From the NCBI GenBank assembly GCA_964349125.1, contig CAYGFH010000001.1, forward strand, positions 325,408 to 389,407: a DNA stretch of 64,000 nt. Direction: 5' to 3'. The DNA is from an uncultured Gammaproteobacteria bacterium. GTDB taxonomy: Bacteria > Patescibacteriota > Microgenomatia > UBA10105 > UBA927. Every line of letters starts with the position of its first letter. Positions within the stretch are counted from its first letter, which is position 1. Made by a program: the position numbers and the translations under genes. Under the pieces are notes generated by a model. That model had not been told where the DNA came from and ran no database searches. It saw only the letters and a list, made by a program, of their open reading frames with translations. Below, in pieces: positions 48,668 through 57,628 of this stretch.

Positions 48668-49103
48668 GTAGCCTCCTTAAAAAACTTATACGTAATACCA
48701 ATACAGACAAATCACCTCACAACCCCATCATCTTAATCCTGATGAGCTGTGAGATGATTCGATAAAGAGTATTTTAACATCCAATGCGCCGAAGTGCAAT
48801 AATCAGTTTAGCGAAATATGAATTCCTGAGCTATCCATTTTCATATCACAACACGCATCATCTCAGGAGCAACAGGAATATGGTGTACTTCTGACTGTTT
48901 GGATGAAATACCAATCTGTATACTCTCTGAACTACTCAAAATTATTTTCCCCGGTATAGATATGTGTCATGTCGTAGAGAAAGCACGTACGCCAACGCAA
49001 CTATCTGACTACCACTGGGAAATACTTCTACAATCTGACAGCAACACCACACAGATACCATTACCTGATTGAAGTGCCAAACATGATACGACTCGGTGAG
49101 GAA

Positions 49104-51236
49104 TTATCCTCGATTGGCATCTGATGCCATGCGGCCTTCTTTGGCAATAATCTTTTCCTGAATATTGCGTGGAACTTCCTCGTAGTGAGATGGCTCCATA
49201 TAGTACGTCGCACGTCCCTTTGACATACTGCGAAGTGCTGTGGCATATCCGGAAAGCTCAGCGAGAGGAACGAGTGCCAGAATAACAGTGACATGTCCCC
49301 TCTTTGATGTCCCTTGAATTTGCGATCTCTTTGATCCCAAATCGCCGATGATATCTCCCATATATTCGTCAGGTGTCGCAACCTCTACCTTCATGATTGG
49401 CTCAAGAAGTACCGGTTGAGCTTTTTTGGCTGCTGCCTGAAATGCCATAGAACCTGCAATCTTAAACGCAACTTCACTTGAATCAACATCATGGTAGGAT
49501 CCATCGTATAACGTCGCTTTCAGATCGACCACGGGATACCCTGCGATAACTCCGTTTTCCATAGCTTCCACGATACCTTTTTGGATAGGAGCGATAAATT
49601 CGCGTGGGATAGCGCCACCTTTGATTGCGTCGACAAATTCGAAGCCTTCACCTCGAGCTTTCGGTTCGAGTTTAATAAGTGCGTGTCCATATTGTCCACG
49701 TCCTCCTGATTGCTTGATATACTTTCCTTCGCCTTCTGCCATCATCTGGATGGTTTCTTTGTATGCGACTTGTGGGGCGCCGACAGACGCTTCCACTTTG
49801 AATTCACGCTTCATACGGTCGACTAAAATCTCAAGATGCAACTCGCCCATTCCCCAAATAATAGTTTGGTTCGTTTCCTGATTGCTCTTGATTCTGAATG
49901 TGGGATCTTCTTCCGAGAGTCTCTGAAGAGCATAACCCATCTTTTCCTGATCATTCTTTGTTTTTGGTTCAATGGCAAGAGAGATAACAGGTTCCGGGAA
50001 TGTGATTTTTTCCAATATAAGCGGATTATCTGGATCGCAGATGGTATCTCCTGTTATGGTGTCTTTAAATCCGACAACAGCTACTATTTCTCCTGCGTAT
50101 GCCTCTTTGATTTCCTCTCGTTGGTTGGCATGCATCAAAAGGAGTCGTCCTACCCGCTCTTTTACATCCTTTGAGGAGTTATACGCATATGAGCCGGATA
50201 CGAGTTTTCCAGAATAGATACGCACGTACGTAATCTTTCCAACGTGTGGATCTATTTGGATCTTAAATGCAATGCCGGCAAACGGTGCGTCTTTTCCGCG
50301 AGTATATGACACTGGTTCTCCTGTTTTCGGATGCGTTCCCTCAACCGGAGGCAAATCCAACGGAGATGGAAGGTAATCGACAACAGCGTCAAGCACAGGC
50401 TGCACACCCTTGTTTCGGAGGGATGAGCCGGCATAGATAGGAACGAGTTTATAGGCAATGACAGCTTTTCGGAGTGCAGCTTTGAGCTCTTCGATAGTTG
50501 GTTCAACACCGCTGAAGTATTTTTCCAGCAATGCATCGTCTGTCTCTGCGATTTTTTCAATAAGTGCCTTGCGGCTCTCTTCTACTTCAGCTTTGAGGTC
50601 TTCTGGAATTTCATCTGATTCTTCAAAATGCGCGCCCAGTTCATCGGAACCCCACACAATGGATTTCCGTGTAAGCAAATCAACGATGCCCTTGAATGTA
50701 TTCTCACGACCAATTGGGACAACCATGATCGCAGGATTTGCGCCGAGTCTGTCTATGATTGACTGGATTGTGGCACGGAAATCTGCGCCAAGTTTATCCA
50801 TTTTGTTGATAAAACAAATACGCGGTACTTTGTATTTGTCTGCCTGATGCCAAACGGTTTCTGATTGTGACTGTACGCCCTCTTCCGCATCAAGGACAGT
50901 AATACCACCATCCAACACCCGGAGAGATCGTTCTACTTCAGCGGTAAAATCAACGTGTCCAGGAGTATCAATAATGTTAAATCGGAAGCCTTTCCAGAAT
51001 GTGGTGGTTGCAGCTGATACGATAGTAATACCTCTCTCGCGTTCCTGCTCCATCCAGTCCATCTGTGTGTTACCTTCATCAATGTCACCTATCTTATAGC
51101 TGCGACCTGTGTAAAACAGGATACGTTCTGTAGTTGTGGTTTTTCCTGCATCGATATGAGCAATAACACCAATATTGCGGACTTTGTCCAATGGAACATC
51201 GCGGTTTTCTGTAATGGTGGTCTGTGGGTTTGCCAT
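49104..51236 (-). CDS. fusA: Elongation factor G
   Basis: G1 [17 protein letters not shown], and NKMD motifs. Domains II-V are conserved. Confidence 0.95.
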   Translation of the reverse strand: MANPQTTITENRDVPLDKVRNIGVIAHIDAGKTTTTERILFYTGRSYKIGDIDEGNTQMDWMEQERERGITIVSAATTTFWKGFRFNIIDTPGHVDFTAEVERSLRVLDGGITVLDAEEGVQSQSETVWHQADKYKVPRICFINKMDKLGADFRATIQSIIDRLGANPAIMVVPIGRENTFKGIVDLLTRKSIVWGSDELGAHFEESDEIPEDLKAEVEESRKALIEKIAETDDALLEKYFSGVEPTIEELKAALRKAVIAYKLVPIYAGSSLRNKGVQPVLDAVVDYLPSPLDLPPVEGTHPKTGEPVSYTRGKDAPFAGIAFKIQIDPHVGKITYVRIYSGKLVSGSYAYNSSKDVKERVGRLLLMHANQREEIKEAYAGEIVAVVGFKDTITGDTICDPDNPLILEKITFPEPVISLAIEPKTKNDQEKMGYALQRLSEEDPTFRIKSNQETNQTIIWGMGELHLEILVDRMKREFKVEASVGAPQVAYKETIQMMAEGEGKYIKQSGGRGQYGHALIKLEPKARGEGFEFVDAIKGGAIPREFIAPIQKGIVEAMENGVIAGYPVVDLKATLYDGSYHDVDSSEVAFKIAGSMAFQAAAKKAQPVLLEPIMKVEVATPDEYMGDIIGDLGSKRSQIQGTSKRGHVTVILALVPLAELSGYATALRSMSKGRATYYMEPSHYEEVPRNIQEKIIAKEGRMASDANRG

Positions 51237-51307
51237 AAATTTTTTCTGTAAACGAATAAAAAGCCGTCCCGCAATATAGCGAAACAGCTGTTGCTTATAT
51301 CGAAATC

Positions 51308-51336
51308 ATTGTACTAAAATTCCGAAGATTCTGCAA
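51308..51336 (-). promoter_or_regulatory. Candidate promoter for fusA (TTGCAG-17nt-TACAAT)
   Basis: On the minus strand, TTGCAG (51336-51331), a 17-nt spacer, then TACAAT (51313-51308). This is 70 nt upstream of the fusA ATG and overlaps the 3' end of the insert gene 51314-52756. Confidence 0.35.
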
Positions 51337-52756
51337 GCATACTTTTCCCACTTGAGTGCGTATTATTCGGGCGTTGAATATTCTTTATAAACTTTTGCGA
51401 CGACGGGTTTAGAATGTATCTGGATAGTATTTTATACGTATCGTAGTCAAATGAGTATTCATTTTGCTGATTTGCGTGCAGCAGGAAATTATCATCAGAG
51501 AGAACACCAAAGTAACACCAGTGTGATACGAGATGTGTTGTCTCTCCTTCCCGAATCGCAATCATTCCTGCAAACGGCCATTGTCTTAGCTTGGTTTTTC
51601 TAAATGCATCTATAAAACGCATATTATATCTTGCTGGTAATTCTTGCTGTAGACATGCGCCTAGACAAGTATGAAGCCCAAAACCGAAGCATGCACCTGT
51701 TGTTTTTTCGATACCAAGTATTTTCTTACATAGAGAGAATTCCGTCGCAAGAGTATGCAGGTGCGCTTTTGCCTGTTTCAGTGTCCTAAATACTGCAAGT
51801 ATATGCGGTATCTCATCCTGCGCTATATCGCTTCGCTCCTCTAGCGTTAGAGTACAATACCCATCGGACCCCAGACTCTTTTTACATATAGTAATTCCGT
51901 GAGATTCCCGTAACAGTCTGTTATACAAAGGTTTATACTCCTTAATCAACCTGGATTCCGCAAGCAGGGCTCCCAATTCCCCACTCGTTTCTTGGTACTC
52001 CAGTGATGCGATGGTACTGTATATTCTTGCTTCTTTTGCGTCAGTGGTCGCTTTTGTAAAGTGTGATAGAATTCTATCTTTGAGATTTATGCTTTTGCCA
52101 ATATACAATGCTGCACCTTCAGCATTATAAAATGTATACACGCCGGGGGACTCAGGTATTTGCGCAATAACGTCGCGCGATATCCCTGGTGGAAGCACCG
52201 CATCCTTCGATACAGACTTGATTGTTGAGTTGAGAAGATCAGTATCGATGAGAGTGGTCAATTTTTTCAAAAATTCCCACAACACTTTTGCATCTCCCAT
52301 TGCCCTATGCCGGGCTTCACACAGGATGGTAAAACGCTCCATAATACTATCAAGATTGTGATGACGGTATTTCGGAAAAAGTCTTCGCGATAGTTTAGCT
52401 GAGCATAGCTGCTTTGCGCTATAGTGATGACCTAGTCTATTAATCTCCTCCTTCACGAACCCATAATCAAAGCGTGCATTATGTGCAACAAACACCGCAC
52501 CGTCCAAGAGCTCATGAATAGTGTCATATACTGCCCGAAACGTCGGGGCAGTCTCAAGATCGTGAGCAGAAATGCCTGTGAGTTGGGATATCTGAGGAGG
52601 GATATAGCAATGAGGATTTATGAGTGACTCAAACTCCGAAACGATTTCGCCACCTTGTATACGGATAATTCCAATCTCGATAATACGATCATGTGTGGGG
52701 CTCCCCCCGGTCGTTTCCACATCAACAATAGCAAGGTTTTCATACATATGGAACAC
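51314..52756 (-). CDS. DnaQ-like DEDDh 3'-5' exonuclease fused to GIY-YIG nuclease domain with Cys cluster (Cho/UvrC-homolog-like)
   Basis: Exo motifs I-III (VDVETTG; FVAHNARFD; H.A.GDA), a GIY-YIG block (PGVYTFYN...LYIGKS), and a downstream Cys-rich segment (CFGFGLHTCLGAC). Confidence 0.7.
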   Translation of the reverse strand: MFHMYENLAIVDVETTGGSPTHDRIIEIGIIRIQGGEIVSEFESLINPHCYIPPQISQLTGISAHDLETAPTFRAVYDTIHELLDGAVFVAHNARFDYGFVKEEINRLGHHYSAKQLCSAKLSRRLFPKYRHHNLDSIMERFTILCEARHRAMGDAKVLWEFLKKLTTLIDTDLLNSTIKSVSKDAVLPPGISRDVIAQIPESPGVYTFYNAEGAALYIGKSINLKDRILSHFTKATTDAKEARIYSTIASLEYQETSGELGALLAESRLIKEYKPLYNRLLRESHGITICKKSLGSDGYCTLTLEERSDIAQDEIPHILAVFRTLKQAKAHLHTLATEFSLCKKILGIEKTTGACFGFGLHTCLGACLQQELPARYNMRFIDAFRKTKLRQWPFAGMIAIREGETTHLVSHWCYFGVLSDDNFLLHANQQNEYSFDYDTYKILSRYILNPSSQKFIKNIQRPNNTHSSGKSMLAESSEF

Positions 52757-52818
52757 AAGTATAGTACGAGCGGAGGTGCGCTACAAAATTTTCGTGGAAT
52801 AGCATGTGTGCATTGTTG

Positions 52819-53088
52819 CTACGAGTGAGTAGATTTTGAGATCCATATCTTTTTAAAATACGGGAGTGTAAGAGTGGATATGTAAAATCCGCAAGTGGGA
52901 ACAATTGCGTTGATCCACGGATTTTCTACGTCTATATACCACATAAACAGCCCAATAATCACATATGTATGTACCACAATCAATATTTTTCGTACGACAC
53001 TAGTTTCCCACGATTTATCCAGTTCAACCCTTTTATTCCTGTATTCGATCGCTTGTACTCGTTTCTCTAGATCTTTATATGTGTTCAT
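52819..53088 (-). CDS. Hypothetical small 2-TM membrane protein
   Basis: ORF encodes a charged N-terminal helix followed by two hydrophobic segments. Confidence 0.3.
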   Translation of the reverse strand: MNTYKDLEKRVQAIEYRNKRVELDKSWETSVVRKILIVVHTYVIIGLFMWYIDVENPWINAIVPTCGFYISTLTLPYFKKIWISKSTHS

Positions 53089-53091
53089 ACA

Positions 53092-53748
53092 CTAATTAAA
53101 TTTCTTCCATACTCCTTCTGATACAACAGAAACGGACAGTCCATCTACGACAACCGCGGAATTATCGTCAACGGCATAGAATGGCGTCGGATTTTCTTTA
53201 GACAGTTTTTCCAAGTAGTCCAGTCGTACTTTGGGAAAATCCGGAGAGTTTAGGTGTGGCCTGATTTCAAAATCAACTAAACCCAGACCCTGTACATTTT
53301 CCCACTGCTGTGTTCGTTCATAATACAATATACCGGCAATGGATAATGACACATGCTTCGCTGTTGCCATGCTCCCTGCACTGATCCCCATATACACTTT
53401 ATTCTGAAGTAACTCAGGGATGAGCTCCTGTACACCTGACTCTTTCAGCCAATCGAGAAGGTATTTGTCATTTCCTCCTCCAAATACCAAAATATCAGAC
53501 CGTGTAAAACTTTCCATCCAATACTCTTTTGACACTGCTGCGATATCCATAATGTCAAATGTCTCAAACCCTAACTTCAGCAGATTATACATATCATTCA
53601 CCACAAATTTTTTGTCCCCCCTCTCGACGTTGGCAGCTGTGGGGATAAATGTTATTGAAGATTGTGTAAAAGGCTTTCCCAATAATTTTGCGAGAGCGTT
53701 TTTTATTGCAGTATTTGAAACACCATTTGATGTAAGAAGTAATTTCAT
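53092..53748 (-). CDS. Peptidase S51 (PepE/cyanophycinase-like) family protein
   Basis: Start moved to MKLLLTSNG. Carries LLTSNG, FGGGN, and GISAGS (nucleophile elbow) motifs. Confidence 0.5.
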   Translation of the reverse strand: MKLLLTSNGVSNTAIKNALAKLLGKPFTQSSITFIPTAANVERGDKKFVVNDMYNLLKLGFETFDIMDIAAVSKEYWMESFTRSDILVFGGGNDKYLLDWLKESGVQELIPELLQNKVYMGISAGSMATAKHVSLSIAGILYYERTQQWENVQGLGLVDFEIRPHLNSPDFPKVRLDYLEKLSKENPTPFYAVDDNSAVVVDGLSVSVVSEGVWKKFN

Positions 53749-53893
53749 AGTTGTTAAACGAATTATACACTGCACTCGTTCAAGTATAGAAATTCTATTG
53801 TTATACGTACTAACCGACACTCATAGATGTCCCGATTTATCAGTCCATACAATTAGACCATACTGTTATAAGCTGCTATACTACTAATCCAAC

Positions 53894-54511
53894 ATGTCTG
53901 AAAACGTTACCAGAACATCCGAACAAAAACCCGTTGTCGAGAGAATACGCCGTTGGTACAGAGGGCTGCCTGACAAAAAAAGATATCTTGAATTTGTCAC
54001 AGCACTACTCACTATACCCGTATTGTTAACGGTGCTTTTGGGAAACCTCAGTAATATCCAAAAACAAAAGACTGCTGACACGACACCAACCTCAAGTGTT
54101 ACCCCGACTGTCGCGGTGACACATACCCCATCTCCAAGGTTGCAGAACACAGAAGCAACACAGTCACCAACGCCAACGACAGTCGCGGCATGTACACGAG
54201 AAGTTGGGCCAATGGAGATACTCTATCCAGAAGAAAATGTAACTATATCTGAAAACCCAGTATGCCTGGAGTTATCCAAGCAGAATCCGCAGTATTGTGC
54301 TGTGGTGTGGTCATACAGGATTAATGGCAGTTCATGGAGCGCATACACAGACAGAGCTATATGTATGTATGGCTTGGATGCAGGCAAAAAGACACTCGAT
54401 CTGCGGATAAAAAGTATTGCCTCCGGTGATGAGGTGATACTCAATCGGATATTTACTGTGCTGGGCGACCCTACTCCCACCCAAGCAACCACATCCGCAA
54501 CTGTTCAGTAA
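53894..54511 (+). CDS. Membrane-anchored secreted hypothetical protein with Thr/Pro-rich linker and Cys-containing C-terminal domain
   Basis: Single TM after a ~35-aa cytoplasmic region, a T/P/S-rich low-complexity region, and a C-terminal domain with 4 Cys. Confidence 0.35.
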   Translation: MSENVTRTSEQKPVVERIRRWYRGLPDKKRYLEFVTALLTIPVLLTVLLGNLSNIQKQKTADTTPTSSVTPTVAVTHTPSPRLQNTEATQSPTPTTVAACTREVGPMEILYPEENVTISENPVCLELSKQNPQYCAVVWSYRINGSSWSAYTDRAICMYGLDAGKKTLDLRIKSIASGDEVILNRIFTVLGDPTPTQATTSATVQ

Positions 54512-54548
54512 TTTTTCAGTTTTAGCCATAAACGAGGTATAATGCGGT

Positions 54549-55403
54549 ATGGACGTATCGGGCTTTCTCCTTGCAATAGTCGCCACTATTGGATTTAGCA
54601 TGGTGGTACCTATGGTTGCGACTTCCACAAAAAAAGTGGGAGCTGTAGCCACAATGTTTTTGTTTCAATCGATTGGCATCCCGCTGTTTGTATTCCTCAT
54701 CCCGATAATGCCTCCAATTCCCTCTGAGACACATATACCACTCATTATGGGGATAGGTGCACTATTCACATTCGTGTACATATTGTTTCTCCACGCGACA
54801 CGAATAGGCAGTGTCGCGGTCGTTGGTACTGTGAATCAATTGTTTATGGTGGTTACGACAATACTCGGTGTGCTGCTTCTCAATGAATCGTTTACGCTTT
54901 GGAAACTTATTGGTTTGCTGTTAACGTTTACAGGAATACTTCTTTTGAGTACGAAGCGACAAAAAAAGGGTACACAGACAGTGCAATTGTTAAAAGGTGT
55001 GCCGCACGCACTCGTGTCTGCAATTGGAACAGGTGTCTATCTGTTTTCAATTGCGATGGCATCCAGAACTGACGGATGGTTTTTAACTGCGCTATTCATA
55101 CGGATCGCAATCGCCTTAACATCGGGAATTATTCTGATTGTCAGACAGTATAATTTTTCATCCCTCCCGGGAAATGCACCATGGAAATTGTTGGCGCTTG
55201 CAGGCATGTGTGATGTCGTCGCATTTTCCATATATAACTACGCGATTGCACAGTACGAAGTGTCTACCATCACAATAATAACAGCTTCACAATCCGCGTT
55301 TATAGCACTCTTTTCTTGGAAATTTTTGGGTGAACATCTCACCGTGCAACAGATACTGGGGTTATTTGTTGTACTTGGCGGCCTTATAAGCCTACGTCTG
55401 TAG
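54549..55403 (+). CDS. EamA/DMT-family transporter (10 TM)
   Basis: Duplicated 5-TM EamA repeat pattern. Confidence 0.65.
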   Translation: MDVSGFLLAIVATIGFSMVVPMVATSTKKVGAVATMFLFQSIGIPLFVFLIPIMPPIPSETHIPLIMGIGALFTFVYILFLHATRIGSVAVVGTVNQLFMVVTTILGVLLLNESFTLWKLIGLLLTFTGILLLSTKRQKKGTQTVQLLKGVPHALVSAIGTGVYLFSIAMASRTDGWFLTALFIRIAIALTSGIILIVRQYNFSSLPGNAPWKLLALAGMCDVVAFSIYNYAIAQYEVSTITIITASQSAFIALFSWKFLGEHLTVQQILGLFVVLGGLISLRL

Positions 55404-55412
55404 GAAGTGAGA

Positions 55413-56468
55413 TTAGTTTGTAAAATTCTGAGTCACCATGATACCGAACTTTGAGGTTGATACTATACCGATGCCTACATGGTAAAAGTCTGGATCAAGC
55501 ATATTTTTTTTATGGTCAGGACTATTCAGTAAACCCGTATGAGCAGCTTTGACATCGGGAGCGTATGCGATATTTTCTCCAGCGTACGAATAGGTCACAC
55601 CACCCCGCTTCAACCGGTCCTCCAGCGTGCTTGAATCTTCGGATATGTGAGAAAAATATTTTTGTAGAAACATATCGGCACTATGCTTCCGCGCAACTGC
55701 TACTATTTTCACATCCACTGTTAATGGTTTTGCCCCTACTTTTGCACGCTCTTCGTTCATAAGCTGCAGCATCTCCCGTTCTTTTTGATCATCTACCACT
55801 AAATCACTTTCTTTTACCGATATATCAAGCGGCATTGTAGCCGTTGATCCCGGAGAAACGGTGAGAAATTTTGATGCGGTGTCTTTAATATCTTCCGCAG
55901 TTTTTTTAATGGGTCCTCCGTATGCTTCAATGAACTGCAGAATTTTTCCTCCCAAATATGAGGCACGAATATCTTTTTGAACTGTTCCTTTGAGCGGTAG
56001 TGCAAGAATAACAACTAATACAAATGCGACAGTGGTAAGTGTATTTGCCCCGGAGATAAGACAACCTAACGCACTATTGATAACCGATTTTTCGATTTTC
56101 TGCGGTAGCTTTGCAACAAGAAATGAAAGCAAATATGAAACGATAGTTTGCCCCCCAAGGATAATGAGCAGGTAGGACAACACGGAACTCCAAAAGGCGG
56201 CAATTCCAAATTTTTCAGCAAAGAAATGCGATACGGGCACACTGTATACAATTGCAAGCCATAGGGAAACTGCGAAAGAAATGAAACTGACTCCGAGTGA
56301 AACAAAACCAACTTTCCATCCTATGAAGACTTCGTACGAAACGATAAGAAGTATTACCCAATCAACCCAATTAAACGGCATATCTGTATTGTACGATATA
56401 TCATCATATACGGGCAAATTGCTATACAAATAGGAAACATCATATAATCGCGTGTATGACAGATACAA
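55413..56468 (-). CDS. CvpA-family membrane protein fused to C-terminal CAP/SCP/PR-1-like (YkwD-like) domain
   Basis: N-terminal 4-TM CvpA-like region. C-terminal CAP-domain motifs (HTGLLNSPDHKKNMLDPDFYHVGIG; GENIAY). Confidence 0.55.
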   Translation of the reverse strand: MYLSYTRLYDVSYLYSNLPVYDDISYNTDMPFNWVDWVILLIVSYEVFIGWKVGFVSLGVSFISFAVSLWLAIVYSVPVSHFFAEKFGIAAFWSSVLSYLLIILGGQTIVSYLLSFLVAKLPQKIEKSVINSALGCLISGANTLTTVAFVLVVILALPLKGTVQKDIRASYLGGKILQFIEAYGGPIKKTAEDIKDTASKFLTVSPGSTATMPLDISVKESDLVVDDQKEREMLQLMNEERAKVGAKPLTVDVKIVAVARKHSADMFLQKYFSHISEDSSTLEDRLKRGGVTYSYAGENIAYAPDVKAAHTGLLNSPDHKKNMLDPDFYHVGIGIVSTSKFGIMVTQNFTN

Positions 56469-56665
56469 TAGAAAATACTGTGTATTCGCTACGCACTACA
56501 CGTGGCAAAACACAGGAAGAATTGGCAGAGGCTATAGCCGTTTCAAGGCAAACTGTCATTGCTATAGAGAAAGGCAACTATATACCCTCACTGCTGTTGG
56601 CAATACGTATTGCAGAATATTTCGATAAGCCTGTAGAATCAATATTTAGACTATGCAAAAAATAA
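56456..56665 (+). CDS. XRE-family HTH transcriptional regulator (Cro/C1-type)
   Basis: A 69-aa HTH (LRTTRGKTQEELAEAIAVSRQTVIAIEKGNYIPSLLLAIRIAEYF). Confidence 0.75.
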   Translation: MTDTIENTVYSLRTTRGKTQEELAEAIAVSRQTVIAIEKGNYIPSLLLAIRIAEYFDKPVESIFRLCKK

Positions 56666-57027
56666 GAACTCTGTTTTCTCATGAAGCAATTGCTGCACTG
56701 ATACTCATCGGCATACTTATCGCGTTTTTAAATCCAACTGGTCTTCTGATGCCTGAATCTACATTTATGTTCCTCATCATCTTGTTCGTACTCACTTATT
56801 TTGTGTATATGGGATTTATCTGGAAAGAATCCCATGGAGACGAACGGGAACAAACACATAGATTGCTTGCAGGTCGTATTTCTTTTTTTGCCGGAACGGC
56901 TACACTCATAAGCGGCATTGTTATACAAAGCCTAAAACATGAAATTGACCCGTGGATGATAATAACGTTGGGGGTGATGATACTGACAAAGATTGTTATG
57001 CGGATCTATAGTCAAATAGTACAGTAA
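56653..57027 (+). CDS. Small membrane protein coupled to XRE regulator (DUF2178-like arrangement)
   Basis: Overlaps the regulator gene by 13 nt. Product has 3-4 TM helices. Confidence 0.4.
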   Translation: MQKIRTLFSHEAIAALILIGILIAFLNPTGLLMPESTFMFLIILFVLTYFVYMGFIWKESHGDEREQTHRLLAGRISFFAGTATLISGIVIQSLKHEIDPWMIITLGVMILTKIVMRIYSQIVQ

Positions 57028-57118
57028 TCCCGAGAATAAAATGTAAAGCCTACTTGACATTTGATTTCCACTTCATATACAGTACGTATGGTAGCGTACA
57101 AATTTTATTAGGAGATAT

Positions 57119-57619
57119 ATGAATTCTAAAAATACAATCATAATAGGAGTAATGGTGCTTGCTCTCATTGGCGGAATAGTATACTCAAGAAATGCGTCAT
57201 CAGGATCAGACACGGTGATGGAAACCTCAGACGTCGCCATGGAAAAGCCAGCTGATGCCATGATGGAGAAAGAAGACACCATGGAAAAGCCAACTGATGC
57301 CTTGATGAAAAAGGAATCTCGATATACAGAGTATACTCAAGCGGCTTTTGAAACTGCTAAATCCAAAAAACGCGTACTATTTTTCCACGCCTCATGGTGT
57401 CCAACTTGCAAAGCAGCACATACTGAAGTAACAGGAAATCCAGAAGGCATACCAGAAGATGTCATGCTATTTAAAACTGATTATGATACGAATGCTGCAC
57501 TAAAAAAGCAGTATGGTATTACCTATCAACACACATTCGTGCTGGTTGATGAAATGGGCAAAGAATTGAAAAAATGGAACGGCGGTGGCTTGAAAGAACT
57601 TGGGCTTAACACAAAGTAA
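57119..57619 (+). CDS. Membrane-anchored thioredoxin-family protein
   Basis: N-terminal TM, then a repeated MEKP(A/T)DA(M/L)M linker, then a thioredoxin fold with WCPTC. Confidence 0.7.
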   Translation: MNSKNTIIIGVMVLALIGGIVYSRNASSGSDTVMETSDVAMEKPADAMMEKEDTMEKPTDALMKKESRYTEYTQAAFETAKSKKRVLFFHASWCPTCKAAHTEVTGNPEGIPEDVMLFKTDYDTNAALKKQYGITYQHTFVLVDEMGKELKKWNGGGLKELGLNTK

Positions 57620-57628
57620 ACTAGCTTT

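Noticed and set aside
57230-57320. Short tandem nucleotide repeat (atggaaaagcca[ag]ctgatgcc[at]tgatg...)
   Set aside because: - Only 2-3 units and in frame inside a thioredoxin-family gene, encoding a MEKPxDAxM peptide repeat.
- This is not a CRISPR or other non-coding repeat array.
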